Origin: the human T2T-CHM13v2.0 reference genome, Homo sapiens
NCBI RefSeq assembly: GCF_009914755.1
Contig: NC_060926.1
Length of the DNA: 64,000 nt
Reading direction: 5' to 3' (one strand)
The notes below the pieces were generated by a model. The model made no database searches, was not told the DNA's origin, and worked only from the letters and a program-made list of their open reading frames with translations. Made by a program: the position numbers and the translations under genes. This document shows positions 39,607 through 53,432 of this stretch, piece after piece. Numbering within the stretch: position 1 is the first letter of the stretch; each line of letters opens with the position of its first letter.

Positions 39607-42600
39607 AGATTAAATTCTTCTTGTCCCCTCTTTCTACCCTGCCAGTCCTCTTCTTCCCTCCTCAGAAAGGCATAGGGCAGGCCAGCAAGTCTGATGCATA
39701 CAAAGTCATGCATTGGGAATGCAGAACACCAGCTTTCATTTCTTTCCCAGCATACACAGGCTCTACATGTGATTCTATAGTTTCTTCCCTCAATTACTTT
39801 TGGTAAAAAAAGCTAACCTCTTCATTAACAATATGTTTTACAGAGCCTATGCCTTAAAGACTCTGTGCTGACCTATCCGTCACTGCTTAGGTAGATAAGG
39901 GAGGTGGGAAGTGGGGAGTTAGAAGTAGTTGAAGGGTCAGTCTTTCGGTCCTGTAGTAAATGCTGAGGAAGGTTAACTGGCCAGTTTAGGGAGGTTCCAT
40001 TTACAATGAAGGCTACTTAAATTCTTTTCTTTCAGAAGGTTCTAATCAACAATTCTATGAGAAAAATTTCCATTCAACATATGGTGGACAATCAATTAAT
40101 GTTAGATATTATGATCATTATTATTAAAGTAACCACTACATTTAAAATCACTACTCAGCAATTTTAAAAAATCAGCTTTTTACCAAATGTTTTATTGCCC
40201 AGAATATCACGATGCCCAACACCCTCATTCTAGGAGCACTTGGTTAATTAAGGCTCATTACATAAGAACGAGATTGAAGTATTGTAAATAGAAAAAAAAT
40301 ACATGTTTCTATTGATGGTTTATTCTTTTAAACAAGTTTGTGCCTGAGTAACTTACAAAATAATTTTATAAAATATTTGCTATTTATTTATTTTTTTATT
40401 TGCTCAGGGAAACGCATCAGGCTAAGAATTACGAGAGTGAAACACTGGTTTCTTCTTGGACACTTTTCAGCTCTGCCCTTTACCACCCTACTTAGCCTCA
40501 CTGGGCCTCATTTTCCCTCCTGGCAAAGTGACACAGTCAGACTAAGTGATCTCCAATGTTTCTTTCCATTCTAAAACTCTATGGTTCTATAACATTCTCG
40601 ATTTATTGAGCCACTGTTTCACTGATTCATTCAATAAACATTTATTGAAGCCCAATTCTGTGCCAAACTCAATTGCTCTCCTGCTGTCAAAATCAGGCAA
40701 CATGCTAGAGTTAAAATGTCTTTAAAGATTTCTGATGGCTGCTGCTTTTAAAAGGAACTTCCCATAGCAACCCCTACCTCTTTGTGCTTCTAGAGCTAGC
40801 TCTCCTATTATTCTGTGAGGACTTACAAATTCAGAAAGACAAAGGAATATGGAAAGGCCTGGTATTCACAACCTACTAGATGTAAATTTCCTATTCCTAA
40901 TCACCTTTCTTCCACAACCCAGAAAACAATACCTTCAATGGATTTGCTAGTGTTACAGATTGTGTTTGATTATTTGTCCCCAAATTTAAAGTACTTCTTC
41001 ATATAATTGCAAATATACGCATAGAAAATAAAATATTTTAAAAGAAAGCTAATATTATATACTATAAGTCTTAATTTGAGATTATACATATTTATCCAAT
41101 AAAAGTATAGAAGGATCAATCAATACTGACTAGTGTTTCCCTATGGGCTCCATGGATAGAGCCCATAATTTGAAATTAGGAGCCCTAGGTTCAATTCCTC
41201 ACTTTATGGTTGGTGCTATATGTCCAAGAGCAGTAAATGTAGCTGAGTCTGACTTTATTTCAATATAATGAACATAGATATTCTGTTATGCTGCATTTTC
41301 AGATTTTTAAAAAATTAAGATCTTTAATATAAATTATGAAACTGTTCTTATTAATTATATACTGGGTCTTCCATAACTTCCCGTTACCCCATCTATCATA
41401 CCTGTATTGAAAACATCATTAATCAACATTCTCTAGCTCAGTATTTTTCATCCCAGATTCCCTATCTGGTTTGAGTACTGTTTTCTCAAGTATCTGAAGG
41501 GTAGTATAAAACCAGCATCATTCCAGATGCATAGGAGATAAGTTATTTCATTAAATAAGACAGACTCCTTAGGGTTTTATTCCCGTCCCAAGTTCAACAG
41601 AGTTACAGATTAAGTGCAAACACACAGAATTTATGAGAAAGACTTGAGGTAACTCACAGAATAGAAGGAATTGCTAAACCACGAATTCTTGGAGAGGAAG
41701 ATACTCTGGGTAAACCCAAACTCTTGAACTCACAGTTCCTGGTCTCCTCTAGGTTTGCACCACTCATATAATTGAGCTCCAGTGAACTTGAGGTAATTCT
41801 TTTCAGGTTCTGAATTCCCCAAATCAGAAAACTTGGATAGCTCTACTTGTGTTAGAAGCCAATTCCCAGATCAGTCTTTGTGGCTGGAATAGGGATGAGG
41901 GGACAAGATTATAAAGCAGGGACATGCCAGAGAATGGCTGTGAGGGGACAGCCTAATCATTCATTAACACCTGGTATGGTCCACAAGTTAGTATTTAGAT
42001 CTAGTATTTAAAAAAAAAAATTTTCCTAGGATGATGAAATTATTACCATCTCTTTTTTAGTTTTACCTTTGACATAAATTTAGATCTTAGGATCCAAGGT
42101 AAATAATGAATTTCAGCTGAATTGTGACAAGCTTTATTTCAATTGTGCATCTTTATCAGAGATCTAAGCTAAACACAGAATTATAAACTTTATAGTTGGA
42201 AGAGGGAGATCCATAACATTTACGAGACTTTCTCTGGTGCACAGGCGAAGTTGGGATGAAAAACTGGGTCTCTAGATCAGTTGACTCAAAACAGAGATGA
42301 TCATCAGAATCACCTGGAAAACTTTCTACCAGAGTATATTTCCAGGAACCCTACCCACTTCCACTTTAACAATATTGGGGTGGATCTCTTGCTAACATAT
42401 TATTATTTTTTTAGTTTCTAGTTAGTTCCAATGACCAGTTTATTTTAAAACTCAATGTTTTGCAGTTTTTGCTTTTAATTTTTGTTAAAGAAATGGGCCT
42501 TCTCTCACCTTATTCTCCATGAAAATAATTCACATCCCAACAAATAGCACAAAATACACAATAAAATAGACACATTATAAGAGAAGCAATCAAAAAGCAG

Positions 42601-43211
42601 AGCACATTGTCACTACTTAGTTTGGAAGCAATTTCATTGGTTAGAGAACATTCTGGCCAAACTGAATAACACTACCTCTTGAATATGTAGTTATAATTCA
42701 CAATACTTCCATTCACTTCTCAGAGTGAGCGTTCTCTGGTCTCATGGATAGGACGCATTCCACATTCACAGGCTCCAATTGCTTTTTTTGTTGTTGTTTT
42801 CTTTTCTACTTGTGGGTAAACCAAATACCATATTAAAACAAATTATTTCTCCTTTTAAAGATCATTTTCCTTGACAGTATATGGCAAAAATATTTGATAT
42901 ATTTTATAGCCCATGCTTGAAATAAGTTGTCTCCTCCACCATTAACCATATGATATGCCTTCCCTACCAACAATTCACAAAACTATACAAGTTAAAGAGA
43001 TCTTCCATTCAAGGGCTTTGAAAAATTTCTTCCCAGTTACCCAGGACACATATACAATACCTCAGCTTTCTACCCTCAATACACTATTCTACTTGTGATA
43101 GGAATAGAAATTCTTCTAAATTGATTTCATAATCCACCAATGGTTCACCATCCAAACTTTGGAAAACACAAACGTTATTCAACCTTTCCATTTTATACAT
43201 TAAAAAAATGA

Positions 43212-43661
<450 letters not shown>

Positions 43662-46600
43662 ACTTTTCTGCATTTTTAATGCCATTTTGGATAGATTTAA
43701 ATGGACATCTTTACAGTTTCAGGATGGAAATATTCATTCTGTAAAATACATGACAGTCTATTTTTTCATCATGACATTCCATCCTAATTTGATCCCTATC
43801 CTAGATACCTAATTTTATAACTCCTTGAGAAAATATATAAAATTATACCTTCATAACTTTCATATAATCAAACAATATTATCATTTTTCTGTTACAATAT
43901 CAAAGTGAAGTAATCATCCCAACTACCTCACCATATTTGCACTAATTATGTTAGCCTCTCAACATCAAATTTTGTTTTTTGCAGTTTCTTTTCATATGTA
44001 TTATTATAAAATTCTTTGACTCAAATGTTCGAATATTCCTACTTAAAAACAGATAATGGATTTTATTTTGATAGAATTCCCACAATAGGAATAGACTCTA
44101 TATCATTTTGTAATAAAAATTACATTAAATACACATCACAATCTTGACGAGAAGTTAATTATTAGCAAATGCTAACAATTACCAGGCATCTCAGGCTAAG
44201 GTGATGTGAGAAAATGTCTAGTATTCATAAGTTGTCAAATTAACATCAAAGCAATATCAACTAAAGAGCATTAAAAAATAGCAATGCCTTGGCCCCAGAC
44301 CCCACCTCAATGTTCTCTTTTAATTATCACCATAAGACTTGGGCACTGGGAGTTTTAGAAGCTTCTCAGGTGATTCTAATATGTGGAAATGGTAAAAACG
44401 CAGAGTTTAGAGAGATATGACCTAGGCATTCAATGTGTAATATCTGTGGCTCTATAACTGTATAAACTTTGTGTAATAATATCACAAAACCTTATGGTTC
44501 TTTAAACTAAAATTATACTTTAGATATGATCTAGGTATAATATTGCCTTAAATTTGCATACTGCTTATGTAACTTATCAGGAAACTGGCATATTTTCTCT
44601 TATAAAGGAGAAACACTTAAATGCATTTCTTCCTCCCCTTTCCCAATTAATATATGCTTAGATGTTACATTATCAGACTGACCTTTGTAAGCATCTGATT
44701 TTAACTCTCAAGCTTTCTTTGTAAGGGCCAATATTTATGTAAAACCACACAAATGAATATGCAATCCCAGAAGAATAAATAACTATGCCAATATTACATA
44801 CTGCCTTTGCAAAGGAAATATCATCTGAGAGTAATATAGGATTGTATCTTGCGACTGACTTAGACAATCACATTTGCCCAGATACAGAGAAATCCCTAAT
44901 TAGCTAAATTCAGTTGTTTTCAATTTTTTCTAAATTTATGATCGTAGCCTATCTCTAAAACTCATTGTACAAATATATATGCTTTAAGTATTTCTGGTGA
45001 AACCTTATGTAACCATTCAAAGAAGGCAACTGTCGATATTATATTCTAAAGAGAAGGTCATGGAAGAAAGTCTTGGGATAAAATAAGTAGATAAAGAAAT
45101 AAAGACAAAGAACAAGAGCTAGTCCTGAAACAGTTTAAGAGAAAAGTAGACACTCCATCCATCAGTAGCTTTTCCTGGATAGGCTCATCTTTCTTTAACA
45201 AGTTGACACATTTGCAAACTGCAGGCTGAAATTTTAAACGTCTAAGCTGCTTTTCCTTCTTCTAATAGAAAAGGTACAAAAAATGGTTTTTGCTTCCTTT
45301 ACTGCTGTGCCTTAATAAACATTTGGCTCAAGGTTTTAACCAAGCCAAATGTTGACTAAAAGCCTCCTCATAAAAGGCTTTAATACATTTTTGCTTGTGT
45401 TTTCTTTACATGTATTTCAATTTGATGACAAATAATTTCTTCCCCATTTCCCTCATTTGCTGCTGCATGTTGGACTAATTAAAAAGCAGGCTCTTTGGAA
45501 GCTGGAATGAGAGAAAATGGAAGAGTGGGCAGGTGGGTCAAGATTGAATGTCCCTGGCTCTGGCAATACATAGGATTCTCTTCAGTGAAACATTCTCCAT
45601 CTAGCTCAGATTCAAGGAAGGCACCGAAGAAGCCCTTCAGCCTTTCCTACTTCAGGTCAGAGTTCTTTTTATATTTGGCATACAACCGAGAGACATCAGA
45701 ATTCTATACAAAATGGAAAGTTTTATTCTTCCCAGCAATTCCACTGCATTCTGTGGCCTCTTGGTGCTGTGGGCAGCCTTAGCAGATTTGAGGCATCTCT
45801 TAGGGCAAAGCGGTTTTGAGGTATTCTTGGCGACTGGGAAGAATAATTTAACTTCTCTTGGAATAATATCACATTCAGCAGAAAAGATCTGCTGTGCTCA
45901 AGGTCATAAATCTTGGCTCTGTGAATATTCAGTTATTCAGCAGAACAGCCACTCCAAGCCTTCAGAGCACTTTTGGATGCTGCTGCAGGTGTTTCCTGTA
46001 GAGAACTCCCTGACATCCACTGAGTTCTTGCATCTGCCTTTACCCTTCTTGATGCTGTCCATTCTGCTCTCTGAACAAACATATTCTCTTACACTTATGC
46101 ACATGTATGAAATCCTAGAGATTTCCCTGAATCAACATATGCATATAGATATATGATGGACAGAATAAAGTATCAAGGGATAAAATATATTTTTAATTTT
46201 GTATTTCACTTGAAAATTGTAAGGACCATTTTATAATGTATTGCTTGCAAAATAAGTCATGGAAGCCCTGAAAAATTAATCAATTCACTAATCAAAGAAA
46301 CATATATTAAAGACCTACTATGCATGAGGCACCATGCTAATTGCTTTGAAGAAGACAAAGTTGAATTAGACAGGGATCCAGTTTACAAGATATTTACAAT
46401 GCAAAGGGGGATACAAGACATATAAAAGGCTATGGAACTTAAAAAGAAGAAAAAACAATTCTAAAGTATTGAGATACATTTCATTACAAGGCAAATCTTA
46501 GATAACATCTTGAAAGAGGACACATTTAAAATTTAGGAGATTTGAGGAAAAGATCCTCCAGAGTATGATATAAAAATGAGTGAAGGTTTTGAGGTGAGAA

Positions 46601-47559
46601 ATAAAATTAATGAAATTTGACTCGATCTAAGGTGACATCATGAAGAATAATGGCAAATGAAGTTAATAAGTTTGTTTCAGGCCAGCTTGTAAAAAGTCCT
46701 TGAAAAAAGAAAAAGGAATTCCTTATATTTTTATTAGAATATCCATCTTAAAGTGAATGGTGAATTATTGATTGGCATGGATTTAGGGACAATTGCATGT
46801 CATCTTTTTCTGTTATTAGTATTACTGTTTTGAAGAATGCAATCTACCAAAATTGAAGGTAATAGTTTCAATGTAAAAATATGCAGAGTTAAGCGTTTGG
46901 AAAGCACTATTCAGGTTTAGTATATAGGAGGAAATAGGGATGGGAATGGTCTATTACTAGACATTTTTATTCTTCCTACTTATCAAATAGACCAATATGT
47001 GTGGAGGAAAAGCCTTCTTCTAAAAAGGGTTTGTTTTACACTACCTGTCAAAGAGGATATTGGTTCACTCAAGGAAACTAAGTTATATTCTATTTAACTG
47101 TGAGATATATTCCAATAAATTGCAGTAAACATAATCTTAAAATATTATAAAGAGGCCTCAGATTGTTTAAAAATACTATATTGAATATATGAGAAATAAA
47201 AGCTCAAGATATTCTTTAAAGTATATCCTATGTAAATGCCAATTTTTCTTTACAGAATAAATCTAACTACAAATGCATACAGGGCCTAAATATATTTTTA
47301 TCTTGATTTTGTTCCTTTTCTTGTGTTTAAGAGCCCTGACTCCAGAATCACAAGAGACAAACTGCCACTTCATCACTTATTAGCGCTGTTTGTGTGGGCA
47401 GGCTATTTAAACATTCCAATCCTTTATTTTCTCCTCAATAAATTGTAAAAAAAAGTAATGTTTACTCAGAGGTTAATGAGTTGACACTTATAAAATTATT
47501 AGCATGGAGCCTGGCCTCAGATATCATTCTCTTCTGTATACAATTTTTATGTGTTTGTT

Positions 47560-48130
47560 CTTTAAACTTATAAATCAGTTCCATCAGACTTTTTACTTCA
47601 TGGCAAGCTGCTTTTATTTCTAATTAAGAAAACATTCCTGACTCCAAAATTTATAAAGACTTTTTCTCTCTTTTCTTCAAGTATTTCTATAACATTGTAA
47701 TGCATTTAGTGTTTATCCATATGAACGGTATGATATTGGAATCTAATTTTACTTTTCCACATGTATAATCAGTTCTTCCGATACTGTTAAGTATTGTATC
47801 CTTTATGTAATTATTAAATATCATATATAACAGATAAAAAACTCTGTATGTACTTACATCGATTTCTAGACTCCATTTTCTCTAAACATCCCTTGTCTGT
47901 TTCTGTGCCAGAACTAGACTGTTTTAATTATAGTTGTTTCATAGTACCTTTTGGTATCATGCTGGTAACTTCCCTAAACTGTTACTTTTCTCAAAAAATT
48001 TAGGCTTTTATAAACATTTAGCTTGCATATCAATTTTACAGTTTGTCAAGTCCCTAACCTCCTCCCCAAATTGAGACTGTGAATTGAATTGCCCTCAGTC
48101 TATAATTTAAAGTTTGAATCATCCTATTCA
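47560..48130 (-). mobile_element. Ancient L1M remnant
   Basis: Degenerate antisense ORF2-like T-rich sequence (ctgtgccagaactagactgttttaattatagttg). Confidence 0.55.
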
Positions 48131-49106
48131 GAGGCACAAAGTTGTTGGTTTTTTTTGTTTGTTTGTTTTTTACTTATTTTGGTTGTGCTTTGTACCCTTC
48201 CCTAAAGTGTTATTATTTTCTTTATGTAAATCTTACATAAAACCAGTATTTTTTAACGTTCAGGTAAGATTTTTATATTCCTAGGATCTTCATGTGGAAA
48301 AAAAAAACTTAATGATTTAAACAGCTATATTAACTTGATATATGTAATTATTTGAGAGAAAATCTAGTCAATAACTTTTGCCTTCCCACTCCAGACTTCT
48401 ACCCTGATTATGTTAGGTAACTGAATTGGAAAGAAAAATATTTATTCTTTATATTATTTTTTCTGATCTGAAAAAGATAGCTTGTTTCCACCAGATACAT
48501 TCATATTAATAGCCATCAAGCTATACTACTTTCAAATTATATTTATGACAATAAATGATTCCTACAAATTTTAGAGAAGACTATCAAAAGCAAAAGAAAT
48601 AAATACAAAAATTAACTGGGAACAAATAAGCAACCCCTGGAGGATTCATCTCTATGACCCTACAGTCCGAAACTAAAGAATAATACATCCTGATGGACGG
48701 CTATGGAATGAAATAAAATTCTCTATTACCAGTTCACTAGAAGAATTTTTTTCCCCCAGGTTTGATCTCTTTATTTAGTTTATCCTCCAGGTTAAAAGAA
48801 AATTATTCACTATTACTCACCAATAACTCAGTAAATAAAAATTTTGCAAATTCAGCCATTTCAACATGCCAGGGAATATCTAAAGGTGTATATATACAAA
48901 TATTTATATATAAATTTTGCATATGTATATAAAAGAAATATATATATAATATATATGAATATAAACATTCAGGTAGGATATTTATATTTATATATAAGGA
49001 TATATAAATAAAAAATGTATTTATATTTCTTTTTCAAATGCACAGCTCTTATATACATATTTCTTTTTCAAAAGCATGGCTACATAAATTTCTTCATTTT
49101 GATGTT

Positions 49107-49330
49107 CTGCTTCTCTTCAGTTTGATCTTGCATATCACAGTGCATTTATAAAATCTGGAAAGCCATCTAAAGAATTTCAAACTTTCTGAATACAAAATGT
49201 CTTTTTCCACCAGACAAGAGTCACCCCAGTCACTAAACAAATTGACCAATTTCAGAGTATTTCCTGCTTCTACTTGTTACTGATGCAGCATCTGGCTGGA
49301 ACAGAGTGCGACTGGATGCAGAAAAGTTCA
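49107..49330 (+). repeat. Left arm of a 224-bp inverted duplication
   Basis: Reverse complement of 50448-50671 with 12 mismatches and no gaps by manual alignment. Confidence 0.95.
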
Positions 49331-50301
49331 TGATTGCTTGATTGACTGATTTTGATGTTGAAAATCATGTAAAATTCATATATATTCAAAATGTGATTCA
49401 AAATAGATATCCAAAGACACATCCCAGAAAATCAGTGTTTTTCTATAAGCTACATTAAAAGTTTTTCTAAATCTTCATTTCTAAGAAAAAATAAATAATA
49501 CAAGAATGTATATAAATAAGAATGCTACCTCTGGAATTAATAGCACCTGCATCTGTCTACCTCTTTAGCAGGCTTTAGTTTTCTTTCTATAAATACTCGT
49601 CATCACATAAACTATAACGTATTTATTTATTTCTACATCTCCCATGAAAACGTGAGCTCCATGAAGGCAGGGACTTTTGTTGTTATGGTAGTCGTCATGG
49701 TGATTGTTTACCACTGCATCCCAGGGACTGGGAGAGTGCCTGTCATGTACTAAGCATTCAACAGATATCTGTTGAATTAATTATTCATAATTACTTAATT
49801 CACAATTTTAACATGAGCATAAGAACTAAGATCAGACCAAATAAGCCTTTTCAAAATATTAATGAAATTTTATATTATTATTATCTACTACCCTTTTAAA
49901 CTTTACTGTGCTTAAAAGAAAAAATCCAGCTTGATTACAGAGCTCAAAGAATGCTATTGCCTGAATGTAAGATCGAGAATAGCTTTTCTTTACATGATTC
50001 CCAGTCTAAGGAGAGAAAGCAGATAGTAAATCACACATTAAACAAATCATTCAATTACATTCGTTTAAAGTGCTGCTACCTAGGAAGGAAACTGAAATGT
50101 GCCTTGAGAACAGATACTCAACTGGCATGCTGGAAGGGCTTCCCTAGAAAGGGATGGTTTGGTTTCTAGGACTTGAAGAATAAGGTCTAAATCAGGTAGA
50201 AAAGGCAGGGAACATTCCAGGCATCCACAAAGATATATAGAGAGGCTGAGTCCAGGAAGATCTTGACAAACTCTAGAAACTGTGAGACTGGTAATATACT
50301 A

Positions 50302-50356
50302 TTAGGTTGGTGCAAAAGTAATTGCAGTTTTTGCCATTTCTTTTGCACCAACCTAA
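50302..50356. mobile_element. MADE1 (Hsmar1 mariner MITE), internally deleted
   Basis: TTAGGTTGGTGCAAAAG...CTTTTGCACCAACCTAA with TA on both sides. Confidence 0.93.
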
Positions 50357-50447
50357 TAGAAAAGAATCAGTACAAAACAAAAGGCCGCTATTCTGGTGTC
50401 AGATTTTCTTCTCACACTGAAGCCAGCTGGAGTCCTTAGAACTTTCC

Positions 50448-50671
50448 TGAACTTTTCTGCATCCAGCAGCACTCTGTTCCAGGCAGATGCTGCATCAGTA
50501 ACAAGTGGAAGCAGGAAATACTCTGAAATTGGTCAATTTGTTTAGTGACTGGGGTGACTCTTGCCTGGTGGAAAAAGACATTTTGTATTCAGAAAGTTTA
50601 AAATTCTTTAGATAGCTTTCCAAATTTTACAAATGCACTGTGATATGCAAGATGAAACTGAGGAGAACCAG
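50448..50671 (-). repeat. Right arm of the 224-bp inverted duplication
   Basis: See left arm. Confidence 0.95.
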
Positions 50672-51699
50672 CTCTTTGGCTGCAGATCTGAGATCTTTCT
50701 ATGGGAGGACAAAAAGGAGCTAAATCACATTAATCTATTTTCCACACTAGTGACATGAACTAGGTTCAATTATTCAACTACGGAAAAGTCCCCTTTTTAT
50801 GATTCCTCAAACGGTGTAATTTTTCCTGCCTCTGTACTTTTATGTTGTCTTTTTTTTTTTTTTTTTTTTCTCTCTGAGCTGTTCCACTAGGCACATATTT
50901 CTAGAATCAGCTGAAGTTCCACCATGATTCTCTGTTTGGACTATCCTTCCTCTGAACTCCTCCAATATTTTATGCCCATTACTATACAACTCTTGATTGC
51001 ATCTGAGTCCCTTGAGGAGACAGGGAGGAACAGGACAGGAGACAGGGAGGAAGAAGGACAGACTATGCCTGTGAATACAGAGTATCTTCCTACAGAGAAT
51101 ATTTCTAATGAAGATGTAAAAGATCCACTCAAAACTCAAGCATTATATTGTTTGAGAGGGCAATTTTTTTTTTTTCAATTTAGGTGGTCTGTTTTATGGT
51201 TTCTTCTATGGAATATCTGTGCAACAGGAGATCCTCTTGAATAATTACCCGCTGAACAAACTGTATCTCTCAAACACATCTCAGTTTTAGACTTGTTGTT
51301 TAGGTCATTCCCTGGAGAGTGTCTTGAAGAAGAAAAAAAGCGGAAACTTACAGATAGTAGGCCCAGGGAAAATATAAATTATTTTATATCCACTTTTGAG
51401 GGCCTCATATTTTCTTGGCTTAGGTACTCAGGAGACAGATATAAGGCATAAAATCTTTAACATTATTAAAACCAATTCAGAAAAATCCCTTAACCTTCCA
51501 ACACTAAAGCAGATAGAGAACATGAAAACTATCTATGGAACTGAAAATCAGTGATCAATACATCTATGAAAAATGTTACTATTTTATAAGACATCCAAAG
51601 AAATACACAGGAAAACAAAATAGAAATAGCTTACAACATTCGACACTGCTTGTGTATAATCACACAAGCACGTGGTATCCTAACTAGTGGAAATACAAA

Positions 51700-52200
51700 G
51701 TAGCGCATACTATGGGGAATATAAATTGGCAACTCATATAAAGACCCAAAGAAAAGCTTTACTCTTGTCCTCATAATTCCACTTCCAAGTAATACAGCTT
51801 AGGAAGAAAGTCAGGGACAAGAACAAAAATTTGTATACCAGGATGTTCATTACAGCCTTAAAATTCAGGAAAGTTTGTAAATAATTAAAATATTACACTA
51901 TTCAAAAACAAGCAATTTATGACACAACATTAGGATGGAAAATTTGTAGTCAGTAAAAATCATCTTTTCACATTCTAATGACAGAAGAAGAAAAATACTC
52001 CTTACATTAAGCTAAGCAAAATAAATGTAGGGCATACAAATTATACTATAAATTGTACTGTACATGTGTGTATATACATATATACACACATACAAATAAA
52101 GGAAACAGACCAAAATGATATCATGTATTTATTTCCTTTAAACCTTTGTGTACTTTCCCAATTCTCTACAATGAATATTTTTATGACCAAGAAAAAGTTA
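51700..52200 (+). mobile_element. Old L1ME-like 3' remnant
   Basis: gggaatataaattggcaac, taattccacttc, ggatgttcattacagc. Confidence 0.55.
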
Positions 52201-53382
52201 ATAATATTAAATAATTAATTTAGACTCATTTCATTATATGCATGAATTATTCCACATAAATAGCTCCTTGTTACAATCAAGCCAAAGAACTGTCAAACCA
52301 TATTGGGATCTACAGAGACTCAATCGCCAACAACGACATAAGGCAAAACCTCCCACAGAGACCCTCTTCTCTTTCACATAACACTGTATTTTTTAACAAT
52401 GTTTAACAGTTGGAAATGCTGAGAAGCCACAGATGAGATCATTAGGAGAAAGTATTTTCCATCATGCTTTTGTCAGGGAAAATCCCTTAGTAGTTCTATT
52501 TCTGAGTTATATTTTTAGCCAGGCTGACAAAATTTAAAGCAAAGTATATAAAATGTGTATTTGCAAGCATCTTTCTCTACCAAATGGAATTCACTTTAAC
52601 TATCACACTGATAAAGATCATTTATCATAGGCTTGTCTTCTGCATGACCCTGTATTTGGAGGGTGTGAGAGACTACAAGACAGAAGTGGTCAGGACCTCA
52701 AAAGATGGCACGTGAGCCGCTGCTTCAAAAAATTAACCAGACATACCAGAAAAATATGATGATGTTTATGGTCTGATAGGCATCTCTGTGATCTGTAATT
52801 TATGTATCCTATCTCTGTGCAACCAATGGATTTAATGGGTCAGCAAGCTTCAGGAAAACCCTAAATGGATTTGGGTTCAGTAAACAGCCGGTCATCACTT
52901 CTACCCCATGCTTCTACCCCACTTCTACCCACCGTGCTGAACTGCGAAGCCAAGGACTTGCTTAAACTATCAAATCCAGTTTCCTCATAGAACTTTTGGC
53001 CCTTCTATTTGTAGGTCCATCTTTGCCTTTGGTTGCTGACATCACATTCCCAGGGACTGTTTTCTCTTGTATAAACATATATCCATGTAAATCCTTAAAA
53101 TTCATGGCCTTTGGGTTTTTCCTTGTCAGTCAATCTGAATGTCCCCTTCCTCAGATCCTAATAGCTCTGAGCTGGATTAGGTTTTCCCTGATTTGCCCAG
53201 CAGTGAATTCAGCTTAATTTAAAATCCACTCTGCCTGAGAGTTTCTATTTTTACTTTATGAACCCATAGGACTGATGAACAATAGTTAGAATTGTATTCA
53301 AATTTTGGATAGTTTGAATTATGTATTAGTTGGGAGGTTCTTCTTTCAAGGAAAAGAATACAAAATTAGGTACAAGCATGTA

Positions 53383-53392
53383 TACACACATA

Positions 53393-53430
<38 letters not shown>
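53383..53430. repeat. (CA)n microsatellite
   Basis: Direct reading. Confidence 0.95.

Positions 53431-53432
<2 letters not shown>

Noticed and set aside
45495-46156. 95-aa and 147-aa plus-strand ORFs
   Set aside because: No recognisable domain and no pseudogene hallmarks.
50840-51244. Three overlapping ORFs
   Set aside because: Chance ORFs in purine-rich sequence; no homology recognised.
52897-52931. Triple CTTCTACCC repeat
   Set aside because: Ordinary short slippage duplication.
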